DNA of 30,124 bases. Source: an uncultured Verrucomicrobiales bacterium. Lineage in GTDB: Bacteria > Verrucomicrobiota > Verrucomicrobiia > Verrucomicrobiales > DEV007. This document shows positions 17,722-25,992 of this stretch, one piece after another (positions within the stretch are counted from its first letter, which is position 1; every line of letters starts with the position of its first letter). The notes below the pieces were generated by a model that saw only the letters and a program-made list of their open reading frames with translations, had not been told where the DNA came from and did not search any database. The stretch lies in contig CALKOM010000025.1 of assembly GCA_938091905.1 (NCBI GenBank), positions 1-30,124 on the forward strand, written 5' to 3'. The position numbers and the translations under genes are program-made.

Positions 17722-18627
17722 CTAGCGGCCCAACCACATCTTCATGCTTCGCGTGACGAGATCTGAGGCGTCTTGCTGAACCCAGTGCTCTGCCCCGGGC
17801 ACGGTGACCAGGGTGAGGTCCTTCTCTAACCAATCCCACGTATTGTTCAAACCATCTGAAAGGAGCGCTGTGTCTTTGAGGCCGTGGATCATGAGCACGG
17901 GGCACTTTACTTTCACGACGTCGCCTTCTGGAAGTTGATAGGGCTCGCGTGGGTAGTTCTTTTTATAGTAGTGTAGCATGGCCTCAAAGTCGGATCGCTT
18001 GAATGCCTCCACGTAGTGGGCCTTGGCCTTGGGATCCTTGACATAGAACGTTAGCCCTTCCGCGGTGAGATCTTTGTGGGCACCTTCTTGTTGAAAGCGT
18101 CTGGCATAAGCACTGTTCTTCTGCTGTTCTGGATTGGTCGCCAGTTCGCGAGCGAGACCTCGAGGGTGCGGTAAGTTGAGGATGATGAGTTTCTCTGTCA
18201 TTTCAGGTTTGGTCATCGCGAATTGCCAGGCGACCATTCCGCCCCAATCGTGGCCGCAGATGATGGCCTTGTCTTTGCCAATGGAGTTGATCACGGCCGC
18301 GACATCGCTCACGAGCAAGTCGAGTGCGTAGCTGTCCATGCCTTTCGGCTTGTCACTCTTGTTGTAACCGCGTTGGTCGATCGCGATCACTTGATAGTTG
18401 GCGCTCAAGGCAGCCATTTGATCGCGCCACGTGTACCAGAAATCCGGGAATCCATGGATCATGATGATGGGATCGCCCTGACCCAGGCTCGCATAGTGAA
18501 TCTTCACGCCAGCGCTGTCTGCATAACCGTGGGACACGCGGTCGAACACGTCTGATTCTTGTGCGTGCGTTAGTGATAGGAGAATAGCTAGAGCAGTGAA
18601 ACATCGCGTGGAGATATCCATGCCCAT
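17722..18627 (-). CDS. Secreted epoxide-hydrolase-like alpha/beta hydrolase
   Basis: [24 protein letters not shown] (Asp nucleophile), [13 protein letters not shown]; signal peptide. Start at 18627 or 18621. Confidence 0.88.
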   Translation of the reverse strand: MGMDISTRCFTALAILLSLTHAQESDVFDRVSHGYADSAGVKIHYASLGQGDPIIMIHGFPDFWYTWRDQMAALSANYQVIAIDQRGYNKSDKPKGMDSYALDLLVSDVAAVINSIGKDKAIICGHDWGGMVAWQFAMTKPEMTEKLIILNLPHPRGLARELATNPEQQKNSAYARRFQQEGAHKDLTAEGLTFYVKDPKAKAHYVEAFKRSDFEAMLHYYKKNYPREPYQLPEGDVVKVKCPVLMIHGLKDTALLSDGLNNTWDWLEKDLTLVTVPGAEHWVQQDASDLVTRSMKMWLGR

Positions 18628-18644
18628 ACATCTATTCGTAAAAA

Positions 18645-18674
18645 CCACGAATGAATACGAATAAACACGAAGAA
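18645..18674 (+). repeat. Three imperfect tandem decamers (CCACGAATGA / ATACGAATAA / ACACGAAGAA)
   Basis: ACGAA recurs with a 10-nt period; flanked by complementary TATTCGTA (18633-18640) and TCGTGG (18675-18680). Confidence 0.6.
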
Positions 18675-18721
18675 TCGTGGATCGAGCTTCCAGCCCGATT
18701 CATGACCTGGAAGAGGCCGAG

Positions 18722-19116
18722 CTAGTTGACGACGTGGCTAATGATCTTTATCGATCGACTATTAGTGGTCCATGGCCAGACTAGGGCTGCAGGGAGGATT
18801 GCGGTAAGGGCAATCACGCAGGCGCTGGCTCGTGGTTTCTTGGCTTGCACGCCGATAAAAAGTCCAAGAAAGCCAATGGCACCGTAAGCAATGAAGTACA
18901 ACCGGCTAAAGTAGAGTATGCCTGAGACGTCTCCCAACTCTCCATGGAAGAGTTCGCGTGCGGGTTTGTGGAGGTGCCACTCGTAGTGGTGATTTTCCCC
19001 CCATAGGTATCGATGAGAGCTTTGACTGCTCGGTCTCCGACTATCGCGGAGTGTAGTATTGTAAGAAAGCCGATCAAGGCCGCGACCAATGAGATGATAC
19101 CGATGGTCGTGCGGAT
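18722..19116 (-). pseudogene. Frameshifted small membrane protein (~131 aa, about 3 TM helices)
   Basis: Frame A: (I)RTTIGIISLVAALIGFLTILHSAIVG...TYGG. Frame B continues ENHHYEW...LYFIAYGAIGFLGLFIG...VIALTAILPAALVWPW. Adding one G to the G6 run (18997-19002) joins them. There is no ATG; the ATC at 19116 sits where a start would be expected. Confidence 0.55.
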
Positions 19117-19121
19117 CGCTG

Positions 19122-21692
19122 CTAACGTTTCCGACGAAAGCTGATTGCGAAGATTCCTAACATCAAGAGAGTAGCCGAGGACGGTTCTGGAACGGAAGGC
19201 ACTGTCGGCATGTGAGGCACGGTCTTCTTGTCGACCTGCTTGAGACCGTGCTGCTCATATTGCTCTTGGCGCTCTAAAACGACCGCGCCAGAGATAGGAG
19301 TGACTAATTGATAGTGGGCCAGCTGTTTGCTCCAATCGCTAACTACCGAGCGGCGTTCACGCCACGCGGTCATGCCTTCTAGGTATTTCGTATAGCGTGG
19401 GAACTGGTCGTCGACCTGAATGGCGTTGATGGGAAGGGCACAGTTGGCGGATTGACGAGTGACCGACCATTTTTCCTCTTGAGTTGGGTGCGTAAGTCCG
19501 TGGAGGAAACGGCCAAGCTGCTGGTCGAAGTTGCTACTCATTACGGGGCCATGACGAAACTGTGGGATCTTTTTGAGGGCCTCGGAAATTGCATTCGTAC
19601 CGTGGGTGAGCGAAATATCGTAGAGTTGGAGGCGGTCTTGATGGGACAGGATTTGGCGGAGCGGTTCTATTGAACTAACTTCAGGGTGGGCGGTGTGCAG
19701 CCAGACGACGGCGCCGCTCTTGGTCTCCTTCCTCAGTTTGCTACAGGCGTGATGGAGGGCTGGTAGGCTGTCGGTCCCATGTCTTGGGTTCCACTGTTTC
19801 AGGATATCTGCAGTTTGAATCGAAGGTGTAGAGTGTGAGGCAACGAGAAAGCCGATTTGGTCTTCGGGAATACCACTCAATTGTTCCTTCAGCATGGGGA
19901 CGAAAGGCTTCATGCCTTCAGAATTGTCTAGCACAATGATGACGTGCTCTACGGGAGCCACCAACTCGGTAATGCGCTTGCCAACGAGAACCGCATCGTG
20001 AGGACCCTGGGCAAATGGATCTCGGCTCCAGATCTGCTCAGGAAGGTCTTCCCCCACGAATTGCTGGTTCGGGGTGATTGTCGACTTGTCTAATAGTTCC
20101 TTATTGGTGTAAGCGAACTGAGTTCCTTGACCGTGCCCGTCGCCTTGAGCCCAGACATGGTGCTTCAGACTTCTTGGGAAGCCAAAGTTGCGCTCTACAA
20201 CACGTGGTAAGACGACTTCGGGGTCGATAGGAGACCAGGGTGCTGTAATGCCCAAACGAACCTTCATGCGCTTTCTTGGAAGAACTGGAAAGCATTGTAC
20301 TAGAACTCTGCCAGGGCCGGAAACGGTCACGAGTACGGGATCTCGTCGTTCCACCGTGACAACGCTCTTGTAAGCTTGCTTAACCTGATTGTTAGGTCCG
20401 AAGGCGGCTTCTTCGGGTTCGTCATTGATCCAGAGGGTTACTCGGCTGACCACGCCCTCGGGTGGGAGCTGCACTTGGCAACGGGCTTCGTGCGTGTCTG
20501 GACTGAGGTTTTCGAACTCGACGGTCCATTCCGTATAGCTGAGTCGCGCGGCGGCATCGACGTGGGTGTCCATACGGCTTGTATCCATGAAGAGCCCACG
20601 TAGACGCCCACCCACACGATCACCTCCTTGGTCAGAATCGAAAGTGACGGTATCCCATTGATCCCTTTGATAGAGTCTGCTGTGAACCCGTGGAGGTTCC
20701 ACTTCGTTGTAGGGAGTTCCCGTTGCTAGAAAGTAGACTTTCTGAGCTTGCCCGGAAGAAACTTTGGTATCCGACAGTTCATCGAGCACCATGCCGGCAG
20801 CATCTCGATTTCCGGCCCAACCTCTGCCGGTATCATAGCATTTTCTGAGCAAGTCACTCTCCGTTCCCGCGATTCGGATTAGGCTGAGGCCGCGTTCGCG
20901 GGTTACCGCATTCTCTGAGGTGGCCATACTCAAGCCGACTCTTCCGACGTAGGAAGGCAGCTCTAAGATGATCAGCGCAGCAACGCCCGCATAGACTCCC
21001 CGTCGGGACCATGTTTTCCAGGGAATTTCGCGAGCGCTGGGTACACTCCTCCACATGAGCGTCCTCGCCCTGGAAATCCCGATCATGGCAAACGGTGGGG
21101 CCAGAGGGACGAGACCAAGGCCGAAGTAGACGACTCCAATCAGCGCGAAAGGAATCCACCAGAACGTGATGGCCACGTAGTAGATGGACACCACGAGTGC
21201 GATTCCTGACAAACACGCAATCGTTTTGAATAACTGTGGAGTCCAGGGCGTTTGTTTCCAAAGAAGGCTTCCAGTAACGATGGGAACCAGAAAGAGCAGG
21301 GCCGCATGAGCCAGGGTGGGCATTGGATCAAAGAAGACCATGGCACACCAATGAAAGATTCCTTCCATAACTAGAACTGCTACTGGCAGAATCACGTAGA
21401 AGATCGCGGCGGCGATGGCTTGTGCCTTAGTTGGCTTGTTAGTATCTTCTGCTGGAATCACCGGCGCCTTTACGAAAGCGGACTCAGCCTCCACCATGCT
21501 CTGATCGGGATGCAGGTCTTCGACAACACGCTGAAGCTCAGTTCGGGTCACGCGATCGACACCGCGCTGCGACAGTTCTTCGTGCACATGGCAACGAATG
21601 TCGTGGGCGACTTCATCGGCCGGTCGCGCGCCAAAGTGTGAGGAAAGGAAGTCTCTAAAGAAGGATTCAGCAGCAGGTGTCCAAGTCGTCAT
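19122..21692 (-). CDS. Membrane protein: N-terminal HAAS-like helical domain, ~6 TM helices, VIT domain, vWA-like domain, C-terminal PEP-CTERM sorting signal
   Basis: N-terminus ADEVAHDIRCHVHEEL; hydrophobic segments at aa ~90-245; VIT-like YTEWTVEFEN...EARCQVQLPPEGVVSRVTLWINDEPEEAAF...RRDPVLV...VQCFPV; VIIVLDNSEGM; LVTPISGAVVLE; VPEPSSATLLMLGIFAISFRRKR. Confidence 0.85.
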   Translation of the reverse strand: MTTWTPAAESFFRDFLSSHFGARPADEVAHDIRCHVHEELSQRGVDRVTRTELQRVVEDLHPDQSMVEAESAFVKAPVIPAEDTNKPTKAQAIAAAIFYVILPVAVLVMEGIFHWCAMVFFDPMPTLAHAALLFLVPIVTGSLLWKQTPWTPQLFKTIACLSGIALVVSIYYVAITFWWIPFALIGVVYFGLGLVPLAPPFAMIGISRARTLMWRSVPSAREIPWKTWSRRGVYAGVAALIILELPSYVGRVGLSMATSENAVTRERGLSLIRIAGTESDLLRKCYDTGRGWAGNRDAAGMVLDELSDTKVSSGQAQKVYFLATGTPYNEVEPPRVHSRLYQRDQWDTVTFDSDQGGDRVGGRLRGLFMDTSRMDTHVDAAARLSYTEWTVEFENLSPDTHEARCQVQLPPEGVVSRVTLWINDEPEEAAFGPNNQVKQAYKSVVTVERRDPVLVTVSGPGRVLVQCFPVLPRKRMKVRLGITAPWSPIDPEVVLPRVVERNFGFPRSLKHHVWAQGDGHGQGTQFAYTNKELLDKSTITPNQQFVGEDLPEQIWSRDPFAQGPHDAVLVGKRITELVAPVEHVIIVLDNSEGMKPFVPMLKEQLSGIPEDQIGFLVASHSTPSIQTADILKQWNPRHGTDSLPALHHACSKLRKETKSGAVVWLHTAHPEVSSIEPLRQILSHQDRLQLYDISLTHGTNAISEALKKIPQFRHGPVMSSNFDQQLGRFLHGLTHPTQEEKWSVTRQSANCALPINAIQVDDQFPRYTKYLEGMTAWRERRSVVSDWSKQLAHYQLVTPISGAVVLERQEQYEQHGLKQVDKKTVPHMPTVPSVPEPSSATLLMLGIFAISFRRKR

Positions 21693-21713
21693 CGTCTATA
21701 GCGGTGCGTAGAT

Positions 21714-22055
21714 CTAGGAAACGGGTGTTAGCAAGGTGTTCACGGCATCAGACAAGCCTCGGTAGTAGGTGTTCATTCGCCCACGCTCTTTGTTACCCGT
21801 TTGCGTGAGTTTGTAGTATTTGCGGGCGGGACCATCTGGCGACTCCTCCAAACGGGTGGCGACAAGCCCGTGCAGTTTGAGGCGAGAAAGCAGAGGATAG
21901 ATCGTTCCCTCGGCTACGTGGAGGCCGGGAATAGCCGCGAGCTGTTTAACCAGCGCATAGCCATAGCATTCGCCTTCCTCTAAGGCATTGAGGATGCAGA
22001 GTTCGAGAATTCCCTTGCGGACCTGAATCGTCCAGTTGTCGTAGAATGAAGTCAT
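21714..22055 (-). CDS. padR: PadR family transcriptional regulator
   Basis: QVRKGILELCIL, YGYALV, EGTIYPLLSRL, GPARKYYKLTQTG. ATG 22055 preferred because the upstream TTG lies inside the operator palindrome. Confidence 0.93.
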   Translation of the reverse strand: MTSFYDNWTIQVRKGILELCILNALEEGECYGYALVKQLAAIPGLHVAEGTIYPLLSRLKLHGLVATRLEESPDGPARKYYKLTQTGNKERGRMNTYYRGLSDAVNTLLTPVS

Positions 22056-22059
22056 GTGG

Positions 22060-22088
22060 TCTATTACCTTGTCATACAAGGTAATAGA
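22060..22088. promoter_or_regulatory. Perfect palindrome, probable PadR autoregulatory operator
   Basis: TCTATTACCTTGT-CAT-ACAAGGTAATAGA (13-bp arms, 3-nt spacer), 4 nt upstream of the padR ATG in a divergent intergenic region. Confidence 0.8.
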
Positions 22089-22151
22089 TAGTGAGCCGGG
22101 TCAAGCGCTTTAGCTCTATACAGGTGGGCGAAGTGTTGGCAGCTTTCCGCC

Positions 22152-25100
22152 ATGAATCGATTTCTTTCAGCAATCAGCCTCTCAATGTGTCTTGGGCTGC
22201 TCCCTGTTGCTGCGCAGGATGAACTTGCGGATTTTGGGATTTACGCGGAATCCGCGAAGACAGCGAAGAAGGTAGCACCCATGGAGACGACTCTTCCTCT
22301 TGAGCTCAAGAAGGGAGCCCGCGTCGCCTTCGTTGGGAACACGCTACTCGACCGAGCTCAGTACCACGCCTATTTCGAGACCTTGCTCTTTCAGCGCTAT
22401 CCTCAGCACGATTTGGTGATCCGAAACTTCGCGTGGTCTGCTGACGAGGTTGATTTGCAGCCACGTCCTGACAATTTCGCAACCACGGCTCAGCATCTTA
22501 CTCGAGAGAAGACCGATGTGATTGTTTCGGCCTTTGGGTTCAATGAATCTTTTGGAGGATTGGAGAAGCTTCCGGCATTCCGCGAGCGCTTGCGTAAGTG
22601 GATCTTGGAAGCAAAGACCAGTGCCTACAACGGCAGCACGGGTCCTCAGATCGTCTTGCTCTCACCGATTGCTAACGAAGGCTCAGCAGGCCAGAGAAAC
22701 AATGCGAGTCTCAAGGCCTACACCCAAGCCATGCGGGAAGTGGCTCGGGAAGAGAAGATTGGTTTCGCCGATCTCTATGCAGACACCGCAGCGCTTTTCG
22801 CTAGTAAGGACAAGGCCACCTGGACGATCAATGGCGTCCATCTCACTGGCGAAGGCTACGCACAAGTGGCACGCATTCTCTATCGCGAAGTCTTTGGAGA
22901 AACGGCCCCCGCAATCAATCCTGAGATCCGCGAGATCCTCGTCGACAAGAACAGACAGTATTTCCGCCGGTATCGACCACTGAATGCCTTCTATTACACG
23001 GGCGGGAGAAATAAGAAATACGGCTACCTCGATTTTCTGCCTGCCATGCGGAATTTCGAACTCCTCACGGCCAACCGTGAAGCTCGAGCCTGGGCGCTGG
23101 CCAGAGGAGGGACGCCAGATCCAGAGATTGCGGAGGATAAGAATCTACCACCTCTCGAAAGTCCGCTGGCGTCGCGTGGAGCCAACGAATGGCTTTCGCC
23201 TGCCGATGAATTGAAGGCGTTTCGAGTCGATCCCCGATTCGAAGTGAACTTGTTTGCCTCGGAAGAAGAATTCCCTGAGATTGCGTGTCCAGTCCAGATG
23301 CGATGGGATGCCAAGGGCCGTCTTTGGGTCGCGTGTTCGACGACGTATCCTCACGTTTATCCTGGCCAGGAGCCTAGGGACAAGATCGTCATCCTCGAGG
23401 ACACCGATTGGGATGGCAAGGCGGATAAATCGACCGTCTGGGCAGACGATGTGCACATTCCTCTGTCATTTGTGCTGACCGATGATGGTGTCTACGTTTC
23501 CGAGGAGCCTCACCTTACGTTGTTACGAGACACGGATGGCGATGACAAAGCGGATAGGCGAGAGCATGTTCTCACGGGTTTTGGCACGGAAGATTCTCAT
23601 CATGCCTTGCATGACTTTGTCTGGACACCTGATGGGGATCTTCTCTTTCGTGAGGCGATCTTTCACAACTCGCAAGTGGAGACGGCGTATGGGCCAGTAA
23701 GGGCAAAGAACTCCGCGTGGTTTCAGTTCCATCCCAAGACGCAGCGCCTCACGAGCTTCGGAAACTATCCGAACACGAATCCTTGGGGAGTGACCTTTGA
23801 TGACTGGGGGTATCATGTGGCCAGCCACCCGATCTTTGCGAGCGCCTTCCACGCCACGAATCCTCCTTATCCGAAACAGCATCCTAATGCGAAGGGGCTG
23901 CCAGCGTACTCCGGCGTGTGTGGCCACGAGTTTGTCGATTTCCCCATGTGGCCAGAGGACTTGCAGGGCGGCTTCATTAAGGTGCGCTACAAGCCGACGA
24001 ATCGTGTCGAGATTCACCGATGGGTGGAGCACGAGGATCACTTCGCAGAAGAATACCAAGGCGATCTCATCTTCTCGGAGAACCTCAGTTTCATCCCGGT
24101 GGACCTTCGCTACGGACCGCGCGGGGCCATGTATGTCTGTGATTGGTACAATCCCGTGAAAGGTCACGCCCAGTACTCGTTACGCGATCCGCGTCGTGAT
24201 CGGAAATCAGGCCGAATCTGGCGCATCGTGCCGAAAGGTGCCGCGCTCTCCGATCCGCCACCGATTGTTGGCGCCTCAGAGAGCGCCTTGTTAGATATTC
24301 TGAAGCGGCCTGAGTATCGCTATCGCTATTGGGCCAAGCGCGAGCTTCGTAAACGGGGATCGAAAGCGGTACTGGCAAGTTTAGATGCATGGGTGAAACA
24401 GTTAGATGTTACCGATGTGCGGCATCGCCATCATCAAGTCGAGGCGCTCTGGCTCTACCGGGCTCTTGATGGGCTCAATGAATCCCTTCTTGCTGAAGTT
24501 CTACACTGTGAGCAAGCGCATGCCCGCTCTGCCGCCACGCGACTCCTACGTCACTGGCATGATCGATTGGAAGGTGGCGGGATCGGCTATCTGAGTTCAA
24601 GCGCCAAGGATGCGAGCGCTTTGGTGAGAATGGAAGCGGGTATTGCTGCGACATACATGGGATCCCGCGAGTCGTTGGAGGCGATTCTTCCGGTGCTTGA
24701 TCAACCGATGGGAGATCACTTGCGCTATACCATGCGTTGTGTGCTAGGGGCGAAATCCATGGTGCAACATTTGGAAGCCGTGCCTGCCTTGAAAGAGCGC
24801 GTGGCGTCTTTTCAGAAGAAGGGGAGCAAGCTAGATCCTGATAAAGTGGCAGGGGCGCCTCGCGATGCGCGGGAGGCGGCATTTGATAATCAAAGAGGCT
24901 TGAAACAGATTAAGATCGGCTGCCTCCCCGAGCGATTGCTTTTCACGAGAGATCGTTTCCGCGTGAAAGCTGGTCAGCCAGTGAAGCTCTTGTTCTCTAA
25001 TCCCGATGTGACTCAGCATAACATTGTCTTCGTGGAGCCGGGAGCTGAAGAAGAGATCGGTATGGCTGGAAATGAGATGGCCAAAGATCCTGAGGCGGCC

Positions 25101-25274
25101 AAGAAAGGGTTTATTCCAAAGTCCTCAAAGATCCTGTATCACAGTCGTCTCTTGAACCAAGGTGAAATCCAAGCGATGCGCTTCGAAGCCCCCGAGAAGC
25201 CTGGCAGATACCCCTACCTCTGCACCTTCCCGGGACACTGGGTGGTGATGAAAGGCGTGATGATTGTGAGGTAG
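22152..25274 (+). CDS. PVC-type multidomain protein: SGNH-like domain, membrane-bound dehydrogenase-like beta-propeller, HEAT-like repeats, azurin/auracyanin-like cupredoxin
   Basis: Signal peptide; VAFVGNT, FGFNES, NGVHL; FEVNLFASE, PVQMRWDAKGRLWV, DTDWDGKAD, GPRGAMYVCDWYN, GRIWRI; type-1 copper ligands QHN and CTFPGHWVVM. Confidence 0.85.
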   Translation: MNRFLSAISLSMCLGLLPVAAQDELADFGIYAESAKTAKKVAPMETTLPLELKKGARVAFVGNTLLDRAQYHAYFETLLFQRYPQHDLVIRNFAWSADEVDLQPRPDNFATTAQHLTREKTDVIVSAFGFNESFGGLEKLPAFRERLRKWILEAKTSAYNGSTGPQIVLLSPIANEGSAGQRNNASLKAYTQAMREVAREEKIGFADLYADTAALFASKDKATWTINGVHLTGEGYAQVARILYREVFGETAPAINPEIREILVDKNRQYFRRYRPLNAFYYTGGRNKKYGYLDFLPAMRNFELLTANREARAWALARGGTPDPEIAEDKNLPPLESPLASRGANEWLSPADELKAFRVDPRFEVNLFASEEEFPEIACPVQMRWDAKGRLWVACSTTYPHVYPGQEPRDKIVILEDTDWDGKADKSTVWADDVHIPLSFVLTDDGVYVSEEPHLTLLRDTDGDDKADRREHVLTGFGTEDSHHALHDFVWTPDGDLLFREAIFHNSQVETAYGPVRAKNSAWFQFHPKTQRLTSFGNYPNTNPWGVTFDDWGYHVASHPIFASAFHATNPPYPKQHPNAKGLPAYSGVCGHEFVDFPMWPEDLQGGFIKVRYKPTNRVEIHRWVEHEDHFAEEYQGDLIFSENLSFIPVDLRYGPRGAMYVCDWYNPVKGHAQYSLRDPRRDRKSGRIWRIVPKGAALSDPPPIVGASESALLDILKRPEYRYRYWAKRELRKRGSKAVLASLDAWVKQLDVTDVRHRHHQVEALWLYRALDGLNESLLAEVLHCEQAHARSAATRLLRHWHDRLEGGGIGYLSSSAKDASALVRMEAGIAATYMGSRESLEAILPVLDQPMGDHLRYTMRCVLGAKSMVQHLEAVPALKERVASFQKKGSKLDPDKVAGAPRDAREAAFDNQRGLKQIKIGCLPERLLFTRDRFRVKAGQPVKLLFSNPDVTQHNIVFVEPGAEEEIGMAGNEMAKDPEAAKKGFIPKSSKILYHSRLLNQGEIQAMRFEAPEKPGRYPYLCTFPGHWVVMKGVMIVR

Positions 25275-25308
25275 ATGGGGGAAGCTCATCAGGCTCGGCA
25301 TCGGAGGT

Positions 25309-25812
25309 TCAATCTTGTCTCGCTATGTCCTTCCAAGCAGATTCAGCGAGCCTGAAAGCTTCTAAGAATTGGCCCTCCGTCAGGTTTGCTGAGAGCAGGC
25401 AAGATGAATTGAGGTGACACGCCAATCGGAATCTTCTATCAAGAACTTAATACCACGGTCGAGTCAACCGCTCAATCTCACCTGAGCGCACGATTCTTCC
25501 TGTCTCTGTTAGAATCAGTTTTTCTTTGGCGTGCTCACATATCAAAATGCGATCATCGCTGAATCTCTGCTCTGAACGCCAAGAATGAATTGCCTCTACT
25601 CCTTACGTGCAACTTTCCCATACACGTAGAGAGAATCCAACCTTACCATTCTCTGTTTCGTTGGAGGTCACCAAATCTTAGGGGAAACGGTAGAAAAAAC
25701 GTGTGTTGAAGCAAGCGGCTTCCCAACTGACATCGCAGGTGGGATGTTTAGGTAGCGGGTAGATCCACGTTGAGTTTGAGTTACGTGGAGATTTGATACG
25801 CTCGCATTCACC
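25309..25812 (-). pseudogene. Possible decayed coding sequence
   Basis: One minus-strand frame runs 168 codons with only three internal stops, all TAA, and ends ...NLTEGQFLEAFRLAESAWKDIARQD*. No family recognised. Confidence 0.25.
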
Positions 25813-25992
25813 TTAGGGGAATCATCTAACTTTAAATGATCTCTATCGGGTGTTGTTATTAAGCCTTACAGATTCTCCGCATTCAACCGTTGCGAGTGAT
25901 TTATAACGCCCAAATTGGGCTTTGCCTGCGATTGTGAAAGAGCGTCATCGGGTGGCTTCCAGGGTTAAGTTGCGTGCACCCCTAGTTTTCCA

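Noticed and set aside
17717..17905. Long N-terminal extension of the esterase ORF (similar extensions at 7692, 9643 and 12255)
   Set aside because: They overlap neighbouring genes; downstream ATGs give non-overlapping starts, mostly with signal peptides.
18990..19005. Programmed -1 ribosomal frameshift at GGGGGGAAAA
   Set aside because: In the upstream reading frame the codons are GGG GGG AAA, which does not form a canonical X XXY YYZ heptamer; an indel is simpler.
25681..25765. Possible c-di-GMP-I riboswitch (AGGTAGCGGG resembles its 3' part)
   Set aside because: The conserved 5' GGCAAA...GAAA...GACGCAAA elements and pairing are not present.
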